Assembly: GCA_965212055.1 (NCBI GenBank)
Contig: OZ243041.1
Coordinates: forward strand, 608,001-672,000
DNA: 64,000 nucleotides
Source of the DNA: Fidelibacterota bacterium
GTDB taxonomy: Bacteria > Fidelibacterota > Marinisomatia > Marinisomatales > Marinisomataceae
Reading direction: 5' to 3'
This document shows positions 10,393 through 19,829 of this stretch, in pieces; positions within the stretch are counted from its first letter, which is position 1, and every line of letters begins with the position of its first letter. The position numbers and the translations under genes are program-made. Under the pieces are notes generated by a model. It saw only the letters and a program-made list of their open reading frames with translations, was not told the origin of the DNA and did no database searches.

Positions 10393-11894
10393 TATAACTC
10401 CATATTAAACTTAACTAATCCATCCTTAGTAAGTAATACTAAAAAATCTGAAAAATAATTTATTTCAATAATATCGCGTAAAAATAGAAAATCATAGTGT
10501 TCCAATAGTTTTTTAGATCTTAAATCAGCAACAAACAATCCTCTTTCTGTCGCTATAAATATTAATTCTTCCAAAACCAAAATATCATTTACGGCACCAT
10601 TAAAATATAAACTTGAGTTCACCGTTAAATTTGATGGCCTTACACTGTCATTGTATATACCGTTCTCATTAGAAAAATATACCTTCTTATCTTTATAGAA
10701 CGCTGCTTCTATCCCTTTAGATTTAGCGTTATATCTCATAACCAAAATTTCATTCCAATCTTGATTGGGCATATTAGGAATTTCCTCTTCTAGCTTTGTT
10801 TTGGATTCTATATCAATCGCAAAGATATCACCAACACCGTATCGTACATTGGAAATCCAAACCTTATCATCTTTTAGTGCTAAATCAGTAATCATTGATT
10901 CAGATCGGAATCTAGTAAATGAATCTTTTTTTGTATTATAAATAAGTATATAACCATTGAGTCCAAACCAAAATTTGTTACCAACTTTTAATAGTGAAGA
11001 TATAGCACGTCCATCAAATTGAAAATATTCTTCAGGTCTAAGTACTTCAGATGTATTCTGAGTCATATCAAATTTTGTAATTCCTTCCTCACCTACAATC
11101 CATAGGAAATCACCATCAACAAGACCATCTCTTATCAAATTAGTTCCTAAACCATGAAAGATTGGTTTAATTGATTTACTAAATTTATCTATCTGTAATA
11201 ATGCTCCGTTATCCAAACCAATCCAACTAAATTTGTGTTCTGATTTATAATAAGATTTATACTTTAAGAACTCTCCCCTACTATCTGACGCTCCATTGAT
11301 AGTTAATAACCATGCATCCTCAACAAAATAATCATTAAAATCAAAGTTGATTAGGTTCATATAGTTATAAGAAACATCTCCCCAATTAACATTGGATTCA
11401 TCTGGAGATGAATACGTTCCCAAATTAACACCGTTGATATGATCTAATTTTGTAAAATTGGGACCTGACCTAAGCCACAGATAATTATTGCTAGATCCAA
11501 TATCTAGAATTCGCGCTTTGGTTAACGCAGATTTCTGCCATCCACCTGTTTTTGAGAAACTATACTCTATAAACTTATCCCCAACAACCCACAAAATTCC
11601 TGTATACTCATCAAAATAAACATGTTTGACTGACTTTGAATGCAATCCTTGAGCTCGAGTAATCGGAATATCAAATTGTTCGGAAAATTTATTAAAACGC
11701 AGAATCCCTGCATTCTCGGTCCCAAAATAGAAATAAGTATTGTCTTCAGAGATTGAATTAATTCTACCAGGCTGACTATACATTTCCCAATCAAACGGAT
11801 CAAAACGATTGTCTGGTTGAGCAATTAAAGGGTTAACAGAAAAAGCTATAAACAAAAATAATTGAATTAATTTATTTTTTATTTCTTCTGCCAT
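10392..11894 (-). CDS. Exported hypothetical protein, probable beta-propeller
   Basis: Track ORF extends to 11939; likelier start is 11894 (MAEEIKNKLIQLFLFIAF...), giving a signal peptide. Repeated blade-like motifs (YFGTENAGI, LWVVG, SWIGLDNG, FWFGLNG, FIATERGL). Confidence 0.6.
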   Translation of the reverse strand: MAEEIKNKLIQLFLFIAFSVNPLIAQPDNRFDPFDWEMYSQPGRINSISEDNTYFYFGTENAGILRFNKFSEQFDIPITRAQGLHSKSVKHVYFDEYTGILWVVGDKFIEYSFSKTGGWQKSALTKARILDIGSSNNYLWLRSGPNFTKLDHINGVNLGTYSSPDESNVNWGDVSYNYMNLINFDFNDYFVEDAWLLTINGASDSRGEFLKYKSYYKSEHKFSWIGLDNGALLQIDKFSKSIKPIFHGLGTNLIRDGLVDGDFLWIVGEEGITKFDMTQNTSEVLRPEEYFQFDGRAISSLLKVGNKFWFGLNGYILIYNTKKDSFTRFRSESMITDLALKDDKVWISNVRYGVGDIFAIDIESKTKLEEEIPNMPNQDWNEILVMRYNAKSKGIEAAFYKDKKVYFSNENGIYNDSVRPSNLTVNSSLYFNGAVNDILVLEELIFIATERGLFVADLRSKKLLEHYDFLFLRDIIEINYFSDFLVLLTKDGLVKFNMEL

Positions 11895-12564
11895 AATTTG
11901 ATCGTTTATAACCTTTTCTAATTTTTGATATATGCCCATTATCTAAGTATATAACTACATTTGCAAATTGTTTCAGAAAATAATCGCTATGAGATGAAAG
12001 AAGAATTGTTGTTCCTAAAACATCATTCATTTTGAGTAATTTTCTTCGAAAAATCATTTCACTTTTGTTGTCTATATATACACCATAATCATCAATCAAT
12101 AAAACTCTTGGATCTTTCTCTAAACCAACAACAATTTTTAACCAATGTTTTTGTCCATCGGATAATTTGTTAATAGCGGTGTTCCAAATCATTTCTAAAT
12201 TAAATGATGCAAAATGACGTTTCTGAATCTCTTTGTATTTTGATGGAAATGTTTTCTTTATAAAGTGTCCTGCTGAAGAATTCGAATCCAACATATTCGC
12301 ATTTATATAATAAATTTCTTTTTCGCGTTTTATGTTCCCAAAAAGACTTTTTTTAAAGGGCGATCCTTGATATAATAAATCTCCCTTAGATTGAACCTCA
12401 TGACCGGACAAAACCTTCATTAAAGAAGTTTTACCAGAACCTAAATTTCCACATAGACCATAAATCAATCCATTGTGAAATTTTAAAGTATTGATATCTA
12501 AAACTTTTTTTTCACCATAATTCAGCAGCAAAGTGCTGATATTATAAATCTGCTTAAGCTCCAT
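11872..12564 (-). CDS. ABC-type ATP-binding protein with no adjacent permease
   Basis: Walker A GNLGSGKT, signature-like LSDGQK, Walker B VLLIDD, H-loop SSH. Confidence 0.8.
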   Translation of the reverse strand: MELKQIYNISTLLLNYGEKKVLDINTLKFHNGLIYGLCGNLGSGKTSLMKVLSGHEVQSKGDLLYQGSPFKKSLFGNIKREKEIYYINANMLDSNSSAGHFIKKTFPSKYKEIQKRHFASFNLEMIWNTAINKLSDGQKHWLKIVVGLEKDPRVLLIDDYGVYIDNKSEMIFRRKLLKMNDVLGTTILLSSHSDYFLKQFANVVIYLDNGHISKIRKGYKRSNYGRRNKK

Positions 12565-12597
12565 ATTGCCTCCTCTAGAGACAGCGAAACTATTCTT

Positions 12598-13533
12598 TTA
12601 TAAACTTTCTAAATATTTTTCTGCATCCATAGCAGCCATACATCCTGTTCCAGCTGCTGTAACTGCTTGTCTATAATAACTATCTTGCACATCTCCACAT
12701 GCAAAAACTCCGGAAATATTCGTTATCGTTGATTTCCCTTTTGTTTGAATATATCCTTGCTCATCTAAATCGAGTACATTTTGGAACTGTTCGGTATTAG
12801 GATTATGTCCAATAGCATAAAAAACACCATCACAATTAAACTTGCTTTCTTCCTCGCTTAATGTGTTGGTTAATAATACACCACTAACTCCATCTTTTTG
12901 TGATCCAAAAATATCACTTACAACAACATTTTTGATAATATCAATCTTTGGATTATTTAGAGATCTATCGATCATTATTTTTGATGCTCGAAACTCCTCT
13001 CTCCGATGAAGAATAGTAACTTTATTTGCAAATTTTGTTAAAAAATTTGCTTCTTCCATTGCCGAATCTCCTCCACCTACAACTACTATCTCTTTGTCTT
13101 TAAAAAAGTATCCATCGCAGGTAGCACAGGTACTTACCCCATGCCCCATCAGTTCGTTCTCCGCATCGAGCCCTAATAATCTTGCAGATGCACCAGTAGA
13201 AATAATAACTGATTTGGTAAGATGTTCTTCATCTTCAACATAGACTTTAAATGGAGAGCTTGAAAAATCCACTCTTGATACATGTTTATAAAAACATTGA
13301 GCTCCAAATTTCTGAGCTTGTTTACGAAATAAATCCATCATATCTGGTCCTAAAACTCCGTCTGGAAATCCAGGATAATTCTCCACATCTGTGGTAATAG
13401 TTAGTTGTCCACCGGGTTGGTTTCCTTCAAAAACAATTGGATCTAGATTAGCACGTGCTGCATAAATCGCAGCAGTAAGTCCAGCTGGACCAGAACCAAT
13501 AATGATGGTTTTATGAATAGTTTTATCTGTCAC
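12598..13533 (-). CDS. trxB: Thioredoxin reductase
   Basis: GSGPAGLTAA, CATC redox motif, GGGDSAMEEA and GDVQD..YRQA. Confidence 0.98.
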   Translation of the reverse strand: MTDKTIHKTIIIGSGPAGLTAAIYAARANLDPIVFEGNQPGGQLTITTDVENYPGFPDGVLGPDMMDLFRKQAQKFGAQCFYKHVSRVDFSSSPFKVYVEDEEHLTKSVIISTGASARLLGLDAENELMGHGVSTCATCDGYFFKDKEIVVVGGGDSAMEEANFLTKFANKVTILHRREEFRASKIMIDRSLNNPKIDIIKNVVVSDIFGSQKDGVSGVLLTNTLSEEESKFNCDGVFYAIGHNPNTEQFQNVLDLDEQGYIQTKGKSTITNISGVFACGDVQDSYYRQAVTAAGTGCMAAMDAEKYLESL

Positions 13534-13552
13534 TAAACTAATTTGTTTAATA

Positions 13553-13885
13553 TTAACTTTCTACAATTTTGGTAATATTATCTACTAATGTCTGCTTAGA
13601 TTGAAGACCAACTTCTTGTCGTGTTATTTCTCCATTACTAAAAAACAATAAAGTTGGTATACTACGGATACCGTATTTTACGGGTACTTCTTTAACTTCA
13701 TCGACATTTACCTTGCCTATAAGGACTTTATCGCCGAATTCATTAGAAATTTCATCTAGAATTGGTGTTATAGCTTTACATGGACCGCACCATTCAGCCC
13801 AAAAATCTACAATTACAAGTTTTTCTGACTTGAGTACAAGTTTTTCAAAATTGTCATCTGTGATTTCGACAGTATTATTAGACAT
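13553..13885 (-). CDS. trxA: Thioredoxin
   Basis: DFWAEWCGPC and SIPTL motifs. Confidence 0.98.
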   Translation of the reverse strand: MSNNTVEITDDNFEKLVLKSEKLVIVDFWAEWCGPCKAITPILDEISNEFGDKVLIGKVNVDEVKEVPVKYGIRSIPTLLFFSNGEITRQEVGLQSKQTLVDNITKIVES

Positions 13886-13973
13886 AAATTCCCTAAATTG
13901 TATTTAAATAACTACCGAATTTATGAGAATAATTCACTTTGGGTAACAAAAAAATAAGATAAAACTAATTTTA

Positions 13974-15185
13974 TTAGCTTAACACTCTTAGAAAACGTCT
14001 TTTTCCAACCTTAATTACAAGTTCGCCACAACCTTTTTTAAGAACATGTGCTAGATCGTTACAAATTTTTCCATCTATTTTAACCGCATTTTGTGTCATT
14101 AGACGCTTTGCTTCTGTTTTGCTTGAAACAAGATTCTGCGATACAAGAATATTAATCATATTAGAATCTGTATCAATAGTGAGGGTTGGAATATCATCTG
14201 GAATGTCTTTTTTAATAAATATTTGGTCAAATGCATCTTCAGCTTTTTTTGCTTTACTGTCGTCATAATAACGAGAAACTAAATCTCTTGCTAAATCTCG
14301 CTTGATATCACGTGGATTTACTGAAGAATCGCTCAATTTTTTATCGATAGAAGCTAATTTATCTTTATCGGCAAAAACAGCCAATTTGTAGTATTTCTTA
14401 ATCATATCATCACTAATTGATAATAATTTTCCATACATATCCTCTGGAGAATCATCGAAAGCAATATAATTATCATATGATTTCGACATCTTTTCTACCC
14501 CATCAGTCCCCTCTAACAGAGGAAGAGTAACAATAATTTGAGGATCTTGATCATACTCTCTTTGTAAATCTCTACCAACTAATAAATTAAACTTTTGATC
14601 GGTACCACCCAATTCCACATCTGCATTAATCTCAACCGAGTCCATTGCTTGTGCCAAAGGATACAAAAATTCATGCATTGAAATAGGAATTTCGGATTCA
14701 AAACGTTTTGTAAAATCATCACGCTCAATCATGCGAGCAACAGTATACTTACTACTCATATTTATCACATCTTCGAATGTCATTTTGTTAAGCCAAGTAC
14801 TATTAAATAAGACTTTAAGGCTTTTCATATCAAGTACTGCTTTAGATTGCTCAATATAGGACTTTGCATTCACTTTTGCTTCATCTATAGTAAGCTGCGG
14901 ACGTGTTTTATTGCGTTCAGAGGGGTCTCCAATCATGGCTGTAAAATCACCAATAACTAGTATTGCTTGGTGTCCTAAATCTTGAAAGTCTCGTAGCTTT
15001 TGCAATACAACAGCATGCCCAATATGTAAATCTGGCCTACTAGGATCACAACCTAACTTAACAATAAGTGGGGTGTTCTCGTCGATAGATCGCTCTAATT
15101 TCTTACGAAGATCTTTAAGCGGAATAACCTCTTCTGTTCCCCTCGAAATGATTTCTAATTGGTCATCAACAGGTAAAAAACCCAC
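13974..15185 (-). CDS. tyrS: Tyrosine--tRNA ligase
   Basis: HIGH, ELGGTDQKFN and KMSKS motifs; C-terminal S4 domain ending VGKRRF. Confidence 0.97.
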   Translation of the reverse strand: MGFLPVDDQLEIISRGTEEVIPLKDLRKKLERSIDENTPLIVKLGCDPSRPDLHIGHAVVLQKLRDFQDLGHQAILVIGDFTAMIGDPSERNKTRPQLTIDEAKVNAKSYIEQSKAVLDMKSLKVLFNSTWLNKMTFEDVINMSSKYTVARMIERDDFTKRFESEIPISMHEFLYPLAQAMDSVEINADVELGGTDQKFNLLVGRDLQREYDQDPQIIVTLPLLEGTDGVEKMSKSYDNYIAFDDSPEDMYGKLLSISDDMIKKYYKLAVFADKDKLASIDKKLSDSSVNPRDIKRDLARDLVSRYYDDSKAKKAEDAFDQIFIKKDIPDDIPTLTIDTDSNMINILVSQNLVSSKTEAKRLMTQNAVKIDGKICNDLAHVLKKGCGELVIKVGKRRFLRVLS

Positions 15186-15640
15186 TATCTTTTCCTCATT
15201 TCTCGTCGAGCTTCTCTTTCTAAGTCTTTGATTTTCAAGGCTTCTTTTTTCTGATATGTTTTTTTTCCTTTAGCGGTAGCGAACTCAACCTTTGCTACGC
15301 TACCTTTAAAATACACTTTTAAAGGGACAATAGTTAATCCTTTTTGTGCAACAATATCTTTTAAGCGAAGGAGTTCTTTTTTATGTAACAATAGTTCGCG
15401 GTTTCTCGTCGGGTGATGTCCTTCAAATCCGGTGTGTGAATAACGGCTTATATGGGCTCCAATTAGCAAGATTTTGTTATCTTTTATAGCAATAAAACTA
15501 TCCTTTAAATTTAGCTTTTTTTCGCGCAAACTTTTAACCTCACTACCTAAAAGAACCATGCCTGCTTCATAGCGATCAAGGATAGTATAGCGATAAAATG
15601 CTTTTTTATTGTTACTAATTATCTCTATATTTTCATTCAT
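15185..15640 (-). CDS. smpB: SsrA-binding protein SmpB
   Basis: NKKAFYRY, EAGMVLLGSEVKSLR, RELLLHKKE and GKK..K..R tail. Confidence 0.97.
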   Translation of the reverse strand: MNENIEIISNNKKAFYRYTILDRYEAGMVLLGSEVKSLREKKLNLKDSFIAIKDNKILLIGAHISRYSHTGFEGHHPTRNRELLLHKKELLRLKDIVAQKGLTIVPLKVYFKGSVAKVEFATAKGKKTYQKKEALKIKDLEREARREMRKR

Positions 15641-15686
15641 AAAAAAAGTTAAGCAATTTTATAATTATTTTCTTAAATTAAAATAT

Positions 15687-15723
15687 TGTTGAATATAAGG
15701 AGTTTTCAACATTATGTGGAAAA
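15687..15723. promoter_or_regulatory. Cluster of DnaA-box-like 9-mers forming inverted repeats
   Basis: TGTGGAAAA at 15715-15723 is a perfect TTWTNCACA on the minus strand. TTTTCAACA at 15703-15711 has 1 mismatch and TGTTGAATA at 15687-15695 has 2 mismatches. All sit in an AT-rich 146-bp intergenic spacer. Confidence 0.35.
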
Positions 15724-15786
15724 TAATTGTGTGTTAATATATTTTGTATCATATTCTAGTAGAAAGTTTAAAAAGAAATTATCAAT

Positions 15787-16275
15787 ATGAGTAGTATTTA
15801 CAAACGAAAAAGAAATGGAAAAAATGATGGATATATTATGTATTCAATTTATGCGTACGATCCATTAAAAAATAAAAAAAGATATTTTAATATAACTTTG
15901 GGGAAACTCGGCCCTACCCTAACTTTGAAAGATTGCTTAAAACAGCAAAAAGAGCTAGATCGAGTATTTGACATCAAAAAAGGCGGTAAAGAAGAACTCA
16001 CCCTCAATAATGCAATAAAAACCTATCTACAACATAAAAAGATTCATTTTAGGACAAAACCACCGAAGTCATCCACGATTACGCTAATTTCCTATCATTT
16101 AAACACCTTTCAAAATGCCATAGCTACCCGATATGGACGAGGCATTATGATTAAACACCTCTCTCCTTCGATTCTAGAGTGGTATTGGAACATAAGAAAA
16201 GAAAAATTAAAGCCTAGCTCTATCATAGTTCATAAAAGAATGATAAGAAGTTTCCTGGACTGGACTAAAAACTAG
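15787..16275 (+). CDS. Tyrosine-integrase N-terminal half (arm-binding plus SAM-like core-binding domains), no catalytic domain
   Basis: Arm-binding-like start MSSIYKRK...YDPLKNKKRYFNITLG; core-binding-like helices LTL...YL...KSSTI...HL..F...IKHLSPSILEWY...LKPSSI....IRSFLDW. Ends 6 bp from the tRNA-Gly 3' end. Confidence 0.65.
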   Translation: MSSIYKRKRNGKNDGYIMYSIYAYDPLKNKKRYFNITLGKLGPTLTLKDCLKQQKELDRVFDIKKGGKEELTLNNAIKTYLQHKKIHFRTKPPKSSTITLISYHLNTFQNAIATRYGRGIMIKHLSPSILEWYWNIRKEKLKPSSIIVHKRMIRSFLDWTKN

Positions 16276-16281
16276 CTATTG

Positions 16282-16353
16282 AGCGAGTGACGAGATTCGA
16301 ACTCGCGACCCCAACCTTGGCAAGGTTATGCTCTACCACTGAGCTACACTCGC
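16282..16353 (-). tRNA. tRNA-Gly(GCC), CCA not encoded
   Basis: Reverse complement GCGAGTGTAGCTCAGTGGTAGAGCATAACCTTGCCAAGGTTGGGGTCGCGAGTTCGAATCTCGTCACTCGCT folds as a cloverleaf with anticodon GCC; followed by CAA rather than CCA. Confidence 0.96.
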
Positions 16354-16426
16354 ATGTGTTGTCCATAATAAAAAAGAATTATCGTTTTTCAAAAGAAAAA
16401 TCCCTTGTTATGAGTCTAATTTTGAA

Positions 16427-17560
16427 TTAGTGCTGATGACCGTCTTCTTCAAAGGGAAAATCAGCATTATCTGCTACTTTTTTGACAAAAGCAGCAACTT
16501 TTTTATCTTCTTTCATTGACTTTTCAAGAGGAATAATCGTAAAAAGATTGAAATTATTATTGTTGAATTCTTTCTTTAAAAATTCCTCGAGATCTTTAGC
16601 TTCTTTTTTATAATTATTTATCAATTGTAACATACCTGGTTGGCCAGCATAAATTTCGTTAAGTGTTTTTGAAGGATCCCTGCTTTTATATCTATTCAAA
16701 CTATTACTTATATAATTTATTCTAGAATATGACGGTGAAGCATCCGTTATGGGCATTTTAGGATCTTTCAAATATAGATTAATAATACTTAGGCGTTTTC
16801 CTTGGATTCCACCTGCATAAATGAATGGACCATCTTGTCTTTGTTGGGTCTTTGGTTCAGTAAAATATTTCACGCCGCTTAAAAATATATAGTCTGCCCT
16901 GGGAAAAGCATTGGCTAAATCGATAGTATTATTATCGCTGATATCAATCAGAATCACCACAATATCAACAGAATCAATAATTTTATCAATATTCTTGTTT
17001 CCTTCAGATACAAAATCTTTATTTATCACTGAATTATGTTTTGTTGCTTCACTCAACCCAACAATACCAATATCTACCCCTTTAGAAGAAACAATATGGT
17101 AAGGCGAAAACAATAATTCTTCATTTTTGTCATATAAATTTGCAGATACAAACTTGATTGTTGTTCGAGAAGTAACATCTTTAAGAAAATCTAAACCTCC
17201 TTTAAAGTCATTAGAACCAACATTGATTACATTATGGTTTAATAATTCCATGGCCCTAACCAAATTTTCTGCTTTATATTTCTTATCTTTAAGAGAAAGT
17301 TGGTCTGGATTCACTTCATTGCTGTCAAACAGCATATTTCCAGCATCAAGCAAAATTGGGTTTTGCTTGCTCATATCTATCATTGCTGTATTGATAAAAT
17401 GAGCCTTTCTGGCTAACCCACCAAGAGGATTGTTTGGACAACCACAATCATAGAATTCAGAAAAAACATTCGAAGTAGATACCATCGTAATGTGAGTCTG
17501 ATTAATATTAGTCTGAGCAATAAGAACGCTACATAAAAGTAATAGAATAGATTTTTTCAT
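16427..17560 (-). CDS. Exported UshA/5'-nucleotidase-like metallophosphoesterase-fold protein with CGC motif
   Basis: Signal peptide; DCGCPNNPLGGLARKA, LLDAGN, NVGSNDF, FVSANL and IGIVGL motifs. Confidence 0.75.
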   Translation of the reverse strand: MKKSILLLLCSVLIAQTNINQTHITMVSTSNVFSEFYDCGCPNNPLGGLARKAHFINTAMIDMSKQNPILLDAGNMLFDSNEVNPDQLSLKDKKYKAENLVRAMELLNHNVINVGSNDFKGGLDFLKDVTSRTTIKFVSANLYDKNEELLFSPYHIVSSKGVDIGIVGLSEATKHNSVINKDFVSEGNKNIDKIIDSVDIVVILIDISDNNTIDLANAFPRADYIFLSGVKYFTEPKTQQRQDGPFIYAGGIQGKRLSIINLYLKDPKMPITDASPSYSRINYISNSLNRYKSRDPSKTLNEIYAGQPGMLQLINNYKKEAKDLEEFLKKEFNNNNFNLFTIIPLEKSMKEDKKVAAFVKKVADNADFPFEEDGHQH

Positions 17561-18072
17561 TATTTTAATTTACTCTTTTTACCTCTTACCGACAACGGCA
17601 ATAAAAACATATAGATACCCGATAAAGACATAATAATTAATAAGATTCCTGCAGGTAAAAACCAACCAAATTTGACATAATTAGTAAAGAAAGAACCATC
17701 GTGTACAGATTCAATAACATCGGACCTTCTATACTCAACAGATAATACTTCCTTAGTTTCGTTGTCAATTTGAATTTCCCATCGATTATGTGATTTAATT
17801 TTTGATATTCCATCAGTTGGACGAACGTCTATCCTATCAATATCTGCCCAGGATTTAATCCCTGCTTCTGGAATAGATTTTGCCGCTTCCAATATTTCTT
17901 CAAATTCGATAGATGGAATACTATTAACTCCTTGTTGAATTGGCGGCTGAATCCAATCAGATTGTTTCTTTAATTGTAATAAAACTCCCGTCGAAAAAAT
18001 CACCAAAACAGGTATAAAGATAAAAGGAGATATCCAATAATGAATTTTGCGTAGCTGTTTATTTAATTTCAA
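17560..18072 (-). CDS. PepSY-associated TM helix domain protein
   Basis: RKIHYW...STGVLL, IESVHDGSFF and C-terminal TM SGIYMF. Confidence 0.8.
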   Translation of the reverse strand: MKLNKQLRKIHYWISPFIFIPVLVIFSTGVLLQLKKQSDWIQPPIQQGVNSIPSIEFEEILEAAKSIPEAGIKSWADIDRIDVRPTDGISKIKSHNRWEIQIDNETKEVLSVEYRRSDVIESVHDGSFFTNYVKFGWFLPAGILLIIMSLSGIYMFLLPLSVRGKKSKLK

Positions 18073-18090
18073 TTTCGCGCACTTCTAAAA

Positions 18091-18690
18091 CTAGTTATCT
18101 AATACTTCGCTTTTTGTTGTAATGCGAACTGTCATTTCAACTTTATCCAATGGATTATCATTTTGATCTCTATCAACATTCACAACTGAATCAATCACAT
18201 CTAACCCATCAATTACTTTCCCAAAAACGGTGTAATTATTATCAAGTAAATTTGCATTATCATGACAAATAAAAAACTGGCTAGATGCGCTGTTAGGATC
18301 GTTGGTACGTGCCATCGATAAAATACCTTTTACATGTGAAATTTCGTTGAATTCTTGAGGGATTAACCATGTATTTGAATCATTTTCATCTCCAATACCA
18401 AAAAACTTACCAGCTCTACCTCCAGTTCCATGCGTTGATCTATCTTCATTTTTTGAGTTTGGATCTCCTCCCTGAATCACAAAACCCGGGATAACACGAT
18501 GAAATGTAGTCCCATCAAAATATCCTTCATTTGCTAATACAGTAAAACTTTCAACATGCATTGGAGCCACATCTGGATAGAATTCTACCACCATATCTCC
18601 AAATTTTGTTGAAATTACTGCAACATTCTCTTCTTTTGCGCAACTCATAAATACACTCCCCAATATTAAAAAAGCAATTATTTTTTTCAT
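18091..18690 (-). CDS. Cyclophilin-type peptidyl-prolyl isomerase, lipoprotein
   Basis: Lipobox FMSC; FHRVIPGFVIQGGDP, LSMAR, SASSQFFI and YTVFGKV. Confidence 0.95.
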   Translation of the reverse strand: MKKIIAFLILGSVFMSCAKEENVAVISTKFGDMVVEFYPDVAPMHVESFTVLANEGYFDGTTFHRVIPGFVIQGGDPNSKNEDRSTHGTGGRAGKFFGIGDENDSNTWLIPQEFNEISHVKGILSMARTNDPNSASSQFFICHDNANLLDNNYTVFGKVIDGLDVIDSVVNVDRDQNDNPLDKVEMTVRITTKSEVLDN

Positions 18691-19829
18691 TATTTAATCT
18701 TTAAGCTAATAACAGGATGTTTTCGAGGTGCAGAAATAGCATTTTGTACTTCAAATTCTAAAGAAAATGATTCCAATACTCCTTTTGTTAGTACTGATAA
18801 TTTGATAGTATCTTGGGCTGGAATTTCTACTAAATCGCTATTAGCAAAGAAATTAAAACTACTATTATTCTTTAATATAAAACGAACATCTGATTTATTC
18901 TTGATCCTTATATGAGCGGCATCTCTTTTATACTCCACAGACACAACTTCTAAACTTGCATAAATTAATGGCAATAACCATTCTTCTCTACCAATCAATG
19001 TATTCCTATTCCAAACAACGGTTTGCTTTTTAAATAAAGCTTTCTTTATTGCTTTCTCACTTTTTTCTTTGGCAAAAACCAATGTCACAGGACGGTGTCC
19101 CCCTTCTGAAATTTCATAATCCCAATCAACCAAACCATGAATATCTGAATTGCCAATAATAGTCAAATCGTAGTCTAAAGCTATTTGTAATGCTTCCTCA
19201 GAATATTCGAACTCATTTACTACCTCTATTCCATGTAAATACCCTTTGCTAAACAATGTCTTGTGCATTTCTATGATTTTCACATCTCCATACTGTTCTT
19301 GTCTCCAAGTAGGATGATTCCAAAAAACAAATGCTTTCTGTTTATTTGCTGCTTTAAAAGGTCTCATATCATCTTTTGGTACAATACCAGCAATTTCATC
19401 TGCACTATGTAACTTATTCGCATCTTCTAGAAAAATTGCATTGGCGTGTCCTAAAGGCATTCTTCTTGTTATTTCTGCTCCATTAATTACTAACAAATCA
19501 CTATTACTATATTTTGTTGCTAATTGGTAAGATCGATTGCGATCAAGATGTGGAATATCGTCAATATGTGGTTGATATTCTAAATGTTCTGTCACAGCTA
19601 AAACATCAATCTTATCTCGCTGAGCTTCCTCTACACGTATATCAGGCCAGACACTTCCATCTGAAAAAACGCTATGTGTGTGAAAATCACAGACTAAGGT
19701 CAGATGATTATCAAGATCTGGAAAGGTAATCTCTCGATTTGAAGATAGTTGCTGTGCGTGCAATACAGCACAGCAACTAATAATCAATAGGATATTTTTG
19801 CTATTATTCAGCAGAAATCTCTCTCGCAT
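18690..19829 (-). CDS. Exported PHP-domain phosphoesterase (Sb-PDE-like)
   Basis: CDFHTHSVFSDG, AVTEH, GHANA, FWNHP and GNSDIH metal-ligand motifs. Track ORF extends to 19865; start uncertain. Confidence 0.85.
   Translation of the reverse strand: MRERFLLNNSKNILLIISCCAVLHAQQLSSNREITFPDLDNHLTLVCDFHTHSVFSDGSVWPDIRVEEAQRDKIDVLAVTEHLEYQPHIDDIPHLDRNRSYQLATKYSNSDLLVINGAEITRRMPLGHANAIFLEDANKLHSADEIAGIVPKDDMRPFKAANKQKAFVFWNHPTWRQEQYGDVKIIEMHKTLFSKGYLHGIEVVNEFEYSEEALQIALDYDLTIIGNSDIHGLVDWDYEISEGGHRPVTLVFAKEKSEKAIKKALFKKQTVVWNRNTLIGREEWLLPLIYASLEVVSVEYKRDAAHIRIKNKSDVRFILKNNSSFNFFANSDLVEIPAQDTIKLSVLTKGVLESFSLEFEVQNAISAPRKHPVISLKIK

Noticed and set aside
15641..15786. tmRNA gene or dif site next to smpB
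   Set aside because: The spacer is too short and AT-rich for tmRNA and has no tRNA-like ends; no convincing XerD arm (TTATGTTAAAT).
17430..17450. Selenocysteine recoding in the UshA-like gene
   Set aside because: Both CGC cysteines use TGT codons; there is no in-frame TGA.
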